From an uncultured Acidobacteriaceae bacterium (GTDB lineage Bacteria > Acidobacteriota > Terriglobia > Terriglobales > Acidobacteriaceae): a DNA stretch of 64,000 bases. The notes under the pieces were generated by a model. The model worked only from the letters and a program-made list of their open reading frames with translations. It ran no database searches and was not told the origin of the DNA. The stretch is from assembly GCA_963835355.1 (NCBI GenBank), contig CAWIFE010000011.1:70848-134847 (forward strand). Reading direction: 5' to 3'. Below, one piece after another: positions 18,396 to 29,100 of this stretch (the first letter of the stretch is position 1; each line of letters starts with the position of its first letter). Made by a program: the position numbers and the translations under genes.

Positions 18396-20177
18396 TCAGT
18401 CGTAAAACGCCTCCAGCCGCCACGTATTCTGCCCTCGATCGCGCGTCAGCAGGCACGCCACAGATCGGCCGCCGTTCATTGCCGCCAGCACATCCCACTC
18501 CTCCGCGTCCCATGTGTCCAATTCCCACCAGCAACCGCTCGTCTTCCATGGCCCATACGCCGCCGCAATCTCGTACCGGTTCTCTCCATCGCTGAACGCA
18601 ACAGGCCTCATCACAGAAGTTTGAGTGCCCCCGGTTCGGGGTCCCCACGGACTGGTTTTCGTCCGTGGGGTGGAGATCCCTCGCATTTGACGACCGGGGT
18701 GAGCACTACACTGCGTACTCGCACGAAAAACTGATCCCTGATCCCTGATCCCTGATCCCTGTATTTGCACCCGCACCAACCGCGCCGGCCTCACGCGCCG
18801 CATCGCCATCCGCGGCGTCGCCTCCATCTCCGCTTCGCCACGATCATGGGTGCCCCCGGTCCCTCGCATTTGGGGACCGGGGTTAACAAACCCCTCCATC
18901 CGGAATCCGTCCGCGCGATGCGTATCCTCCAGCACCGGCGACCCCACGCGCTCCTCGCCCACCATCGCGCGCAACCGCGCCAGCGTCACATCCAGCCGCG
19001 AGGGCTCCGGTGTCTGCGGCGCAAACAATCCCAGCTGCACCTTGCTCTGCGCTCCCGCTTCGGCCCGCAACGTGAGCCGAACCACAGCCGCCTGCGGCGG
19101 ATGCGCTCCAATCTCCAGTTGCAGCAGCTTGAGCAGAAATTTCCGGTCAATCGTCGGCACCGCCGGCCGGATCGCACAACCATGCGTCACTCCGCCCTCC
19201 AGTCCCATCTCGGCCGTCAGCGAACGCAGTGCCAGCGCCCGTCCCGCGGCCCGCGTCGCCAGGCAATCGATCATCCGCGCGCCCACAAAGAGCAGGGAAT
19301 CGATCTGCTCCACCGGCATCTCGAACTCGCAAAACTCCTCGAGCGAAAACTCCGCCTCAATGGGCTCGAACGCATGCTCCGCTTCGCCGCGCGCCAGCGC
19401 CCGCCACACGCGCGCCTTCGGACCCATTCGCGCTACCAGTTCCGCCTCGGGCAGTGCCGCCAGTTCGCCCAGCGTGCCAATGCCCCACAGCGCGAAGGTC
19501 GTCGCGTACTCTTCATCCAGCCCCAATGCCGCAATCGGCAACTTGGCCAGCGCCTCTGCCTCCGCGCCTTCGCAGATCACCGCCGTCCCCTTGGCTCCTC
19601 CTTTGTAGCGCCGGTCTCCAGACCGGCTGTCGTGCGGGTCTCCCGACCCGCACTTACGAACGCGCATGCTCGCCGCCTTCATCCGCGCTGCATGGTAGTT
19701 CGCGCTCACCGCAATCGACGCGCGAAACCCAGCTGCAGCCAACTCCTCCTTCAGCCGCTCCGCCAACTGTGCCGGTGGCCCAAACAGCCGCTCCGTGCCC
19801 GCAATGTCCAGCACAAACGCGCACGCAGTTCCACTGCTGGCCCCAAGCGTGCTCGCATCATTCAAGCCCGCGCCGCCGCTGACCTCTTGAATCCGCGGAG
19901 AAAACTCCGCCGCGCACTCGAGCATTACCGCCCGCGCCGCCGCCTCGCTTTCCGCCGAGCGCTTGAGCAGACGCAGCCCCTGCATACTCTCCGCTTCAAG
20001 CCGCGTCATTCCCGCCGCCGCGCCCCTCCGCTCGGCCAGCCGGTTCAGTGAGCAGACCCACTCCTCGGGAGCGCGCCCATCCAGCACCACCACCGGTTCC
20101 GTCTGCCAGTCCGTCCGCAGCCGCAGCAGTGCCTGCGCGGGAAACTCCGCCGCCCATGCGCACGCAAAGAGGCTCAT
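18396..20177 (-). CDS. imuB: ImuB, Y-family polymerase-like protein, with three repeat-derived in-frame insertions
   Basis: PVVVLDG..PEEWVCSLN..A...G...GMTR, LDIAGTERLFG and AAYGPWKTSGCWW; ATG overlaps the imuA stop (ATGA); located between imuA and dnaE2. Confidence 0.92.
   Translation of the reverse strand: MSLFACAWAAEFPAQALLRLRTDWQTEPVVVLDGRAPEEWVCSLNRLAERRGAAAGMTRLEAESMQGLRLLKRSAESEAAARAVMLECAAEFSPRIQEVSGGAGLNDASTLGASSGTACAFVLDIAGTERLFGPPAQLAERLKEELAAAGFRASIAVSANYHAARMKAASMRVRKCGSGDPHDSRSGDRRYKGGAKGTAVICEGAEAEALAKLPIAALGLDEEYATTFALWGIGTLGELAALPEAELVARMGPKARVWRALARGEAEHAFEPIEAEFSLEEFCEFEMPVEQIDSLLFVGARMIDCLATRAAGRALALRSLTAEMGLEGGVTHGCAIRPAVPTIDRKFLLKLLQLEIGAHPPQAAVVRLTLRAEAGAQSKVQLGLFAPQTPEPSRLDVTLARLRAMVGEERVGSPVLEDTHRADGFRMEGFVNPGPQMRGTGGTHDRGEAEMEATPRMAMRRVRPARLVRVQIQGSGIRDQGSVFRASTQCSAHPGRQMRGISTPRTKTSPWGPRTGGTQTSVMRPVAFSDGENRYEIAAAYGPWKTSGCWWELDTWDAEEWDVLAAMNGGRSVACLLTRDRGQNTWRLEAFYD
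18623..18765 (+). repeat. Composite in-frame insertion in imuB: GGGGTCCCC element nested in a GRGTG hairpin, plus (CTGATCC)x4
   Basis: gagtgcccccggtt[cggggtccccacggactggttttcgtccgtggggtggaga]tccctcgcatttgacgaccgggg; tandem repeat at 18731-18761. Confidence 0.75.
18848..18882 (+). repeat. GGGTG-tagged REP-like hairpin, in frame in imuB
   Basis: gggtgcccccggtccctcgcatttggggaccgggg. Confidence 0.8.
19605..19653 (+). repeat. GTAG-tagged double-hairpin REP-like element, in frame in imuB
   Basis: gtagcgccggtctccagaccggctgtcgtgcgggtctcccgacccgcac encodes CGSGDPHDSRSGDRRY. Confidence 0.78.
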
Positions 20178-21052
20178 GCGCTTCTCTCCGCATCCCACGC
20201 CGCATGCGCCTGCCAGGTCGCGGCCGGCGGCTTTCGCGTCGTGATCTCGATCGGAGCTGACCGCTCTCTCTCGCGACGCACCGCAAACTCGAAGCCGCGC
20301 AGCACCGGCCCGCCCGCCGGCTCCACGCGCCGTGCCGAGCACTCCAGCACCACTGCCGCTGCCGACTTCGCATACCCGCGCGTCCCTACAACAATCAGGC
20401 TGCACTGCGTCCTCTCCGCCGCCTGCCTGTACCGGAACCACGTCGCCAGCGGAATCCTGCTCGCTTGCTCCGGCGCCGTATCGCCCAGGTCGAGCACAAT
20501 CGCCGCAAATCCCCCAGCCTGCAGCAGTAGGTCCGTCGCCCGCAACCCCTGGTCCAATCGCGCCCATGCGGAGCTCACCCACCGTGGGTTTGCCCCACCC
20601 TTTCGCACCGTCTGATCGCGCGAAGGGTGGGCTCTAGCGCCCTCGTTCCCTTCGCAATTTGTGCCCGAAGGGGTTCCTTGTTCCCTTGTTCCCTTGGTCC
20701 CTTGGTCCCTTGCTTTACACCGCATCCACAGCACCTGTTTCAGCCACACCCCATTCGCCGCGGCCGACTCCGGATCGAACGCGTCATTCACGTCCACCCA
20801 CGCGCACGCCCGCTCCTCCGCCGTCCTCTGCGCCACAAATTGGAGCGCCAGGCTCGTCCTCCCTGACGACGCCTCTCCTGTCACCTCGCTGATCGCGCCC
20901 ACCGGCAGTCCGCCATGCAACAGTTCGTCGACCGCCCGAATTCCCGTCGTCGCAACCTCGTACATCGCGCGCGGCGCAGGCGTCAGCGCTGCGGGAAACT
21001 TGCGTTCCAGCGCGTGCTCAATCTCCAAACGAAGTGCGGCGGCAGTAGGCAT
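20174..21052 (-). CDS. imuA: ImuA/RecA-like protein with an in-frame repeat insertion
   Basis: TGIRAVDELLHGGLPVGAISEVTGEASSGRTSLA, WVDVNDAFDPESA and LLLQAGGFAAIVLD; first gene of the imuAB-dnaE2 cassette. Confidence 0.9.
   Translation of the reverse strand: MPTAAALRLEIEHALERKFPAALTPAPRAMYEVATTGIRAVDELLHGGLPVGAISEVTGEASSGRTSLALQFVAQRTAEERACAWVDVNDAFDPESAAANGVWLKQVLWMRCKARDQGTKGTREQGTPSGTNCEGNEGARAHPSRDQTVRKGGANPRWVSSAWARLDQGLRATDLLLQAGGFAAIVLDLGDTAPEQASRIPLATWFRYRQAAERTQCSLIVVGTRGYAKSAAAVVLECSARRVEPAGGPVLRGFEFAVRRERERSAPIEITTRKPPAATWQAHAAWDAERSA
20586..20712 (+). repeat. REP-like hairpin (20586-20632) and 8-mer tandem (CCCTTGKT, 20676-20712), in frame in imuA
   Basis: gggtttgccccaccctttcgcaccgtctgatcgcgcgaagggtggg; ccttgtt-cccttgtt-cccttggt-cccttggt-ccct. 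Confidence 0.7.
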
Positions 21053-21074
21053 GCGATTCGAGGCGTTTCTAGTT

Positions 21075-21089
21075 TTTCGCCTTTTGTTC
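21075..21089. promoter_or_regulatory. LexA (SOS) box-like direct repeat upstream of imuA
   Basis: TTTC-GCCTTTT-GTTC has one mismatch to the GTTC-N7-GTTC box known for Acidobacterium and Alphaproteobacteria LexA; ~23 bp upstream of the imuA ATG. Confidence 0.65.
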
Positions 21090-21294
21090 GCCTAATGTAC
21101 CGCCAAATCGCCTCTCCTGTCAAAGGTAGAATCCACAGATTTTTCCACTGATTTCGGCCGACTTCATGTTCTTGCACCAGGATCGGTGCATAGCCGCGCA
21201 GTATGCCTAACCATATCGAATTTCTATAGCTTGCACCTCGACTACCATCCAGCTTTCCATCGACCGACTAACCCCGCTAACTCCGCTAGCTCCG

Positions 21295-22845
21295 CTAACC
21301 CCGCTGCTTTTTTCCCACCAGCTCCGCCCTCGCCGCCAGCCCCATCGCCATCGCCATCACCCGGTCGTCGTGGGTCCCAGCCTGCGCCCCGCTCGTCCCA
21401 TTCGCCTGCCGCACAAAGCTCCGGCACTCCCCCAGCAGCCGCCGGCTCTGGAATCGCTCCGGCTCCTCCACCAGCGCCGCATTCAGGCGCCCCAGTATTG
21501 CCGGCCGGCTCACGCTCGTCGTCAGCCAACCCGCCTGCCCGCCCTGCCTATAAATTCGCCCGTACTTGCACGCCGTCTCCGCCAGCGCCAGCACGCCCGA
21601 GCCGTGGTTGTTCCGTTCCACCACCAGCCACGCCCCGTTGTATTCCGTCGCCAGATCGGTCACAAACCGCGCCAGTTCAAGCCCGCCGACGTGCCCGGCA
21701 AACTCCGCGCACTGCAACCCCGTCTCCATCTCCAGCACCTCGGCCGCGGAGTAGTCGCCTTCACTCCCGCCTCCTGCCGGATCCACCGACACCACGTACT
21801 CTCTGCCCTTCACCGGCGGCAGCCAAATCTCCAGCTCCCCATTCTGTCTCCGCTGCACCGGCTCGGGAACAGTCTTCATCCGTGCCTCCACCGCCGCCAG
21901 CTCAAACACGCTCTCGCCGCTCGCCAAAAAGCAGCTGTCCACATCCTCGGCAAACTCCTGCCGCGCCAATCCGCGAAAATCCGCACGAATTTGCCTCCGG
22001 TACCCGATCTGATTCAGATCAAGCCCGTGCGCCGTCATGAGCGCCCGCTCTTCCTCCGTCAGGCTCGCCTCGCTCACTGTCCTTGCCCGGTACCCTGGCT
22101 CCATCCACCACGGGAAAAAATGCCGCACCATCCCCGTCTCATCAGCCTTCAGCCACTCTTCGTGAAAGCACCCTCCCACTCCCTGCGGTGTCGACTCCAG
22201 CACCATCTCCGCTCCCGGCGCTAACGCCGCGCGCAATCCCGCCAGAATCTCCGCCGCGTCTCCGGGCCAGCGCGCAATCTCAGAGCAGTGCAGGTTCTGC
22301 ACCGTCAATCCCCGTCCCGCGTTCCGGTCGGCCGCGCTCACCACGCGATACTGCGCATCGATCCGCGGAAACACGATCTGCCGCACATTCGACCGCGCCG
22401 TCCTCAGCGCCCCTTTCCGGGCCCTGTCCGGCAGCCAATCCACAAACCGGTGCACGATGCGGAAAATCTCCTCCGCCGCCTCCTGCGTGTGCGCCACTTC
22501 CAGCGTTAGAGTTCCCGGCTGGGTGATCGTCTTTAGAAAAAATCGCGCAGCCACCCACGTCGTCAGTCCCATCTGCCGCGCCTTCAGCACAATGTTTCGC
22601 TGCCCGCGCCGCTTATCAAACGCCTGCTGCACGGCATTGGCCTTCAACATCGCTGGCTTTCCATCTCGCGTCCTCACCACCAGCACGGCTTCCGCCATCG
22701 CCATCGCCACAGTCCGCCCCCCCGCGATGTCTGACGGCGTATCCAGAATTTTTCCGAGTTGCTCCAGTTGCTCTCTGCCCAGCTTCCTCTGGATCGACTC
22801 GACTGCCAGTGCTCCAACTGAGCTTTCCTCATCCACTGCCGCCAC
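21295..22845 (-). CDS. Phage terminase large subunit (orphan)
   Basis: Walker A VLKARQMGLTTW, Walker B LHCSE, VLESTPQG, nuclease motifs VSVDPAGGG..GDYS, VVERNNHG and HDDRVMA. AGGAGG precedes GTG 22845. Confidence 0.9.
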   Translation of the reverse strand: MAAVDEESSVGALAVESIQRKLGREQLEQLGKILDTPSDIAGGRTVAMAMAEAVLVVRTRDGKPAMLKANAVQQAFDKRRGQRNIVLKARQMGLTTWVAARFFLKTITQPGTLTLEVAHTQEAAEEIFRIVHRFVDWLPDRARKGALRTARSNVRQIVFPRIDAQYRVVSAADRNAGRGLTVQNLHCSEIARWPGDAAEILAGLRAALAPGAEMVLESTPQGVGGCFHEEWLKADETGMVRHFFPWWMEPGYRARTVSEASLTEEERALMTAHGLDLNQIGYRRQIRADFRGLARQEFAEDVDSCFLASGESVFELAAVEARMKTVPEPVQRRQNGELEIWLPPVKGREYVVSVDPAGGGSEGDYSAAEVLEMETGLQCAEFAGHVGGLELARFVTDLATEYNGAWLVVERNNHGSGVLALAETACKYGRIYRQGGQAGWLTTSVSRPAILGRLNAALVEEPERFQSRRLLGECRSFVRQANGTSGAQAGTHDDRVMAMAMGLAARAELVGKKQRG

Positions 22846-23072
22846 CTGCCCCTCCTGCCCTCGTCCGGCATTCGTGCGCACACTTGCAGGCTTGGCGCAC
22901 GACTGCCCAGGTCGCGCGCCAAGCGAAGGCGCAACTCCGCCCCCGAGCCGCACCTCCGATCTCGCTCCATCAATCTGTGTTGTCTTTGTTGCGGCTGCCC
23001 TGTGTCGTATTTGTTAGAGGTGCCGCACCCTCATCACAGCGGTTTTGCTCTCAGGGCTCGATGCTCGCGCGC

Positions 23073-23148
23073 CCCTAAGTCCCTAAGTCCCTAAGTCCCT
23101 AAGTCCTTAAGTCCCTAAGTCCCTAAGTCCCTTGGTCCCTCGTTCCCC
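23073..23148 (+). repeat. Tandem 8-mer (CCCTAAGT)x7 plus two degenerate units
   Basis: Read directly; one unit is CCTTAAGT. The minus strand reads (ACTTAGGG)n. Confidence 0.95.
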
Positions 23149-23154
23149 GCCTTC

Positions 23155-26100
23155 TCAGTACCCGCCGCACCAATACTTGAGCGTGTAAGCCGTCGACGCC
23201 GTCAACGCCGCGTTCGCGGTAATCGTGATCGCCGTCGTGCTTTCCGTCCATGTGTTGCTGGAGATCATCCCCGTCGCGCTCAACGTGCTCACCATGCAAT
23301 TGGCTTGGTTCGTGTGCGTGTTTGGAAAGCTCAGCGTCGCCAGCGTTCCTGTCGTCGGACTCGTCCCCGTCGTCAGTGTCACCGTCCCGCTCACTCCGTC
23401 GCACAGGTGGCTCGTCGCGCACGCAATCGTCGGGCTCGAACCCGCCGCCGCGCCCGCCGCTACGCCCATCGTCCCCGTCCCCATGATGAACTTGCCTTGC
23501 AGAAATCCCGTCGCCGTCGTGTTCCCGCTGCCGCTCACCTGAAGTGCGGCAGTCGAAGAATTCGACCCGCCCTCATACACGATGAATCCGCCCGTGCCTG
23601 ATCCGCTCGTGTTATTGACCACCACGGCGTTCGCGCCGGCCCCCGCATTGATCGTTGTATTCGCATTCGCCGGTAGGATCACCCGGTCCAGCGAATTCAC
23701 TGCGTCGGTCACTCGCAGATAGTTGCTCGCGTCCTTGCGCACTTGCCATTCCGCGGTACCCGAATAGTTGCTGAACTGCAACGCTCCGATCTGGTCCACG
23801 CTCGATCCCGGCTGAATCGCCAGAGTCTGATTGAAGTTCGCTCCGTTCTGCAGCGTCGCGTTGCCCTGCAGGTTCGTCGCCCCGCTCACGCTCAGCGTTC
23901 CGCTCAGCGTTTCCGACGCCCCCGCCAATGTTCCGCTCACTGTCGGCGCAGACAGCGTCGGGCTCGCCGCCAGAACCACGCTCCCGCTGCCCGTCGTCCC
24001 CGCTGCCACCGGCTGCCCGCTCGCGTTCGTCGCCAGCACGCTGACCGAAGCCGGCACAGCTACGCCATTGATCTTGCTTACTGTCGGGTTCGGATAGCTT
24101 CCCCCAAGATCGCCGCCGGCAGCTCCGCTCGGAGCTAGACCCGAAGGCGTGCCTGAGATCTGCGAGTACGCCACCTGCGTGCACGTTGGACCGCCGGTCG
24201 TGTCTCCCGTCTCGTATTGACCCGTCGTGCAGGAGCTTGTCCCGGCCTTCGCCGTCAGGCTCGAAACCAGCACGCCGCTATCTTGTTCCTGGCCGGCGGT
24301 GCCGGTGTAAGTAACCACGTCGCCCGCGGCCGAAGTTGCTGGCCCGGTCGGCACCGCCGCACCGGCTCCAGTTGTGTTGATTGCCGTTGCGCTAAGAACC
24401 GGCTGGTTCCCGTTGTAGTCCGCCTGGTATGGCCTGATCCCTACGAACTCAAGCTTAAGGTCATTACTTGCGCTGCTGGCCTCAAATCCAAAATTACGCC
24501 CATTATAGGAAGAGAGATCGATAGTCGCTGAGGGGGTTGGGTCGGAAGGCGTACCTGCGTGATAGGTGGGGCTGCAAGTTCCCGAGATCGTTCCGACGGC
24601 GGTGTAAGTGGTGTTCGGAATGATAGCCAAAAGCGTGACCGTATATGACGTAGAAGTTGCGCATTTGCCGTTGGCATAAACAACGCTCTTCATCGCTGGA
24701 ACCTCTTGCCCCGGTCCTATAAGCGCCCTACCTCCGCCTGAGTAGTCCTGCGCAATCATGCTGTAAAAAGTCTGGACGAGACCAGAAGGTACGCTGGTGT
24801 TAAACAGATAGGTTTTTCCGAAATAGGCAGTTGAATCCAACGACAACTGTGCTGAATCGTTCGGCGCACCCGTCTCGAAATCGTCAGGGCCAAACAAAAG
24901 GTCATTGTCGCTAGGGTAAGCTCCGGCGTTTCCATTCCTAAAAGAATCGGCCGTCCGCGCTCCGACGGGCTGATCGAAAATGGTCTTCGAGATCGTCGAA
25001 CTGCGGCTTGCACTTCCTCCACCAGACGGATTGAAACCGCGCATGACGATCTGATTCCCGATGCCGTTGTCTATCGGCTGCACAGTTTGGAGTGAGCCGG
25101 TGAAGCCGATATAGTTTCTTGAACCATTGAATTGCGGAGTTCCAGACCAATTGCAATTGATGCAGTTAGAATCGGAAGCATCCCATATCGGACCAACCGA
25201 TAATCCCGTGTAGCCGCCAAGCTGGACGTTAGTGAAGGAATGTTGGGCGCCTTCAACACGCCAACCGTAATTGTTTGTTAGTGGACCCTCAGTCTCGGGA
25301 ACATTGACTGTCCATGCGAAAGGGAAATCTGCATCGGATAGTCCTGACTGCAAAATCTGAGGTCCATAACCGCCGTCAAATACCTGAATTCCGCTCAGAG
25401 TTGCATCTCCACCGTCGTAACTAATCCACGGATAAGTATCCTGCCAGTAGCCGCCCCGCCAACTTAGATAATCCTGTAAGCCTTGCGATTGATACGAATC
25501 TAGTTCGGATGGAACAAACGCTGCCCCAAAATTCAGTCCCGCGAGCGAACTATTGGTCGCCGTAAATCCGTACGGTGAATAGCATCCTTGTATGAAGATA
25601 CCGGCCGATGCGTTCGTCGCATAATTCGGAGTACTCGTGAACCTGACATTGGCCAGTTCATCGCCATCATTGCCTGGAGCTCCAGTCATCGTGTAGTCGG
25701 CGCTGTTCCCATCTTTGCAGTCGAAGGCCAGAGCGGCATTCCCGACAGTCTGGGTCACGGGCAATCCCGCAACGGAAATGTAAGCCGTGCCCGTGCCCGC
25801 TGTGACAGTTGTCGATGCGGCGGTAGCGATCCTCACCGTTCCACTCGCTGAATATGTTTTGTCGGTCGGACTTGAGCATGGAGTTACGGCGGCAATCGTA
25901 GTCACGAGGTTAGCCCCTGCAACTCCGCAACCGTTGAATTGCACAGCCTGCCCTACGTCACCGCAAGTGAACAGTGCGTGTGGAGATGTGACCACGGCAC
26001 TGCCCGCCGTGCATCCGGCATCCTGCACCCACCGCCCCGGCCAGCGATGCGGAAAACTGGAAGAAGCGTTGACTGAATCGTCTACTTCAAAAACGATGTC

Positions 26101-29100
26101 GCGAATCGACCACGAAATGCGGGGCGCGGCGGTTGTAACTGTCGTCGGATCAGGTGCCTCGAAAACATCCTCTCCAGGTTGTCCTTTGATTAGAACTCCA
26201 GCGCTTCCCTGAGCAGGGTTGATTCCGGCTGGTTGCTGACCCTCCAACGACACGCCATACCACGGCAAGGTGCTCGTTAGGTAGCAGCCTCCCGGCGGCA
26301 ATGGAAAATAAACTGTCGCCGGCGGATTCGTCGCATTGGCAGCATTCAATGCGGCGTTAATCGCCGCCTGGTCGTCAGACGAACAGTCGCCCTTGGCGTT
26401 GAAGGGCGGCGCCATCACATTCACTTTCGTGTTGACGCTGGCATTGAGGGAGGGCCCCGTCAGCCTGCTTGAAAAAGTCTGCGGAGTTGTGGCTGCAGCG
26501 GAAAGAGCGCCCAGGTTCGCCAGCGCGCCGCTGGCACTGGTTGCTCCCGTCCCTCCACCAGTAAGCGGAACTGCGTTCATGCCGCCGAGCGCCGTGCCGT
26601 TCCCCATGTAGTACGCAATCTGTCCCGAGCTTGCTGAATTGATCGTCCCGTTCACGCCGCCCGATCCTGATCCGCTTCCGCAGGGCGATCCGGTATTCGT
26701 GATGTATCCCGAGTTATCGATCTGCAGGCAAAAGTCCCCCGACGAAGACGCCAGTCCGGGAAACTTGATCGCATTCGGTGCCACAAATGCGGCGTCGAGG
26801 ATCGAACTCGATCCCGAATAGATATCCGTCTCCGCCCCGGAGCCACTCTCATAATTCAATCGGATATGTCCCGTCGAGTTACTCGTATCTATGTAGGTAT
26901 CGCCGCTGTTTGTGTTTTGATACGCCTTGAAGCTGTCTAACCCTCCGATTGCCGAATTAATCGCCCAGTTATTGCTCGCGTCCTTCACCAGGTACCACTG
27001 GCTGGCCCCGTTCCAATCCTTGTAAGTAAGCGTCCCTTTCTGGCTCGTTGTAAGTCCAGGCCATAGGTAAAAACCGATCTCCGCGTCCGCGCTGTTGCGC
27101 GCAGTAATCGACCCTACCGATTGCGTGGTCCCTCCCACCTCCAGAGTTCCCACGAACTGAGCGTCTCCGGCTTTGTCGACCGTGCCCACTGCCGCCGGTG
27201 AAGTGCCGCCGCTGGCAAACGTCACTCCGCCTGTTCCGGAATTCGTCGAGCAGTTGAAGCACACATTGCCCGTCCCCGCGGCATTCAGCGCGGTTTGATT
27301 GTTGGTGCTGCTCTGTCCTTGATTCCACTGCTGAATCTGCAGCCGGTATACGTTATTGAGCAAGTCCTGCACCTGGTAGAGCTGCTGGCCGCTTGTGGCG
27401 TCGCTGAATCCATAGAGCCAGCGATAACCATAGTCTGTCTGGATCTCGTTAAGCAGCCCGCGCTCGTTCCCCGCTCCAGTCCCCAGCCGGAAGTGATTGG
27501 TCAGCGTCGCGTCTTGCTGGCTTCCATACCAGTCACCATTCAATGCGTTGAAACTCCGGTGAAACGTATCGAGGAAGCTGTTGCGCGTGCCGTTGTCGGT
27601 CAGCTTTCCGTTGAACATCGTGCCGCCCGTGATCCAGTTGTTGTACGCGCTCCCCGCATCCGCTACCACCTGGCTTGTCGAGTTCTCGTTCCGCAACCCG
27701 ACGATCGTGTTGTTCTGCGCGTTCGGTCCTAAGTGCAGCGCTGTCGAGCATCCTTCTACATCCCCTCCGGTAAACGTGTTTCCATCGCCCTGTTGTAAGT
27801 TGATCCCATAAGTGCCGCTGATCGGGTTCCCGCCGCTCGTCGGGCAGTCGATGTGCAGCCGCACAAACGTGCTTGCATTCGCCCAATCCGTCGTCGCGGA
27901 GTTTGTATTCTGGTGCCCGATCGCATTCACGGCCGTCCCGAATCCGCTGAACTGGTTATCTAGGTACGTGCCGCCCGTGTAATTCCCGGTTCCGTCCAGA
28001 GTCATACCCGTCTGGTTCGAGTTACCAAGGAAATACAAGCTTTCTAAGTCCATCTCCTGCGTCCGGTACGCAACCAATCCCTCTGCTGTCGCGCTGGTAG
28101 CTCCCGTCGTATTGACCACCACGTTGTCCATGTGGAAGCCCGGCGTGTCCGTCGCATATGTCGCGTCGCCCACCTGCACCATTGCGCTCGATCCCGTGTA
28201 GGCGAACGCCGTTCCGCCCGTGCTCCCGCTCGCCTGCGTCCCGCCGCGCAGAGCGCACCCGCGCAACGACACGTTCCGCGTCCCCGCCGTCACAACAATC
28301 TGGTTCGCCGTCGTGATCGTCGCGCACGGCAGCAAAATCGCCACATTCCCCGTCGAGATCGTAAGATTTTCGCCCCAAGTCAGATTGCCCGTGAAGTTCC
28401 GCGCGTCGCACGTTCCGCCGTAGCTCGCATTCACTGCATTCACGCACGCCTGGATCTTCGCTCCAATGTCCGCGCCCGGAAATTGATCCACCTGGAAAGC
28501 TGACCCAACTCGCCCGCTTCCGGCCAAAGCGCCGTAAGTCCCACCGCCAGGCAGCGTCCCGCCTCCGCCGTCAAGTTGTGTTCCGTAGCTCGCCGAGTTC
28601 GCCGCGTTCCACACCGTGTACCCGCCGTTGCCCTTCAGCAGATTTCCGGCGAAGAACGTCATATCCTGCCCGCCAATCAGGTTCACCGGCGCTGCCGTAT
28701 TCCAGGTCCCCGCCGCGTTCACGCTCGCTGTAGTCGTCGCGGAGCAGCCCACTCCGCCTTGTGTCACGCTCACGCTTGCAATCGATCCGGTTGCATTTAC
28801 GGCCGCCGTTGCCTGCGCCGAGCACAACCCGCTGAACGCAACCGGTACATTCGCTCCGTACGGGTCCCATCCCAGCCCGTGCTCACTGCCCACTGTTACC
28901 GCCGTCACTGCGCCGCCCGTCGTCGTCACCGCCAACGTCGGCTGCACCGCGTTCCAGGCTGGAACCACAACCGCGTTCCGTACTGTCCATCCCTGTTGCG
29001 GATTTTGCCCGCTTCCGTTCAGGTCCAGCACCAGGCCTGTCGGCGGCTCGCCGGTCGCTGAAGAATTTCCCGCCAGCGCCACCACGTTATCCAGAACATT

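Noticed and set aside
15185-18595. 1136-aa plus-strand ORF and other long antisense ORFs (e.g. 18765-20051, 29296-30516, 33510-34964, 42742-43914)
   Set aside because: Shadow frames of real genes in high-GC DNA; Arg/Pro-rich and without recognisable motifs.
20178-20582. N-terminal extension of ImuB shown in the ORF track
   Set aside because: It overlaps imuA in another frame; the ATGA overlap at 20174-20177 gives the natural start.
23073-23148. CRISPR array or true telomere
   Set aside because: Contiguous 8-mers with no spacers and no cas genes; internal position between genes.
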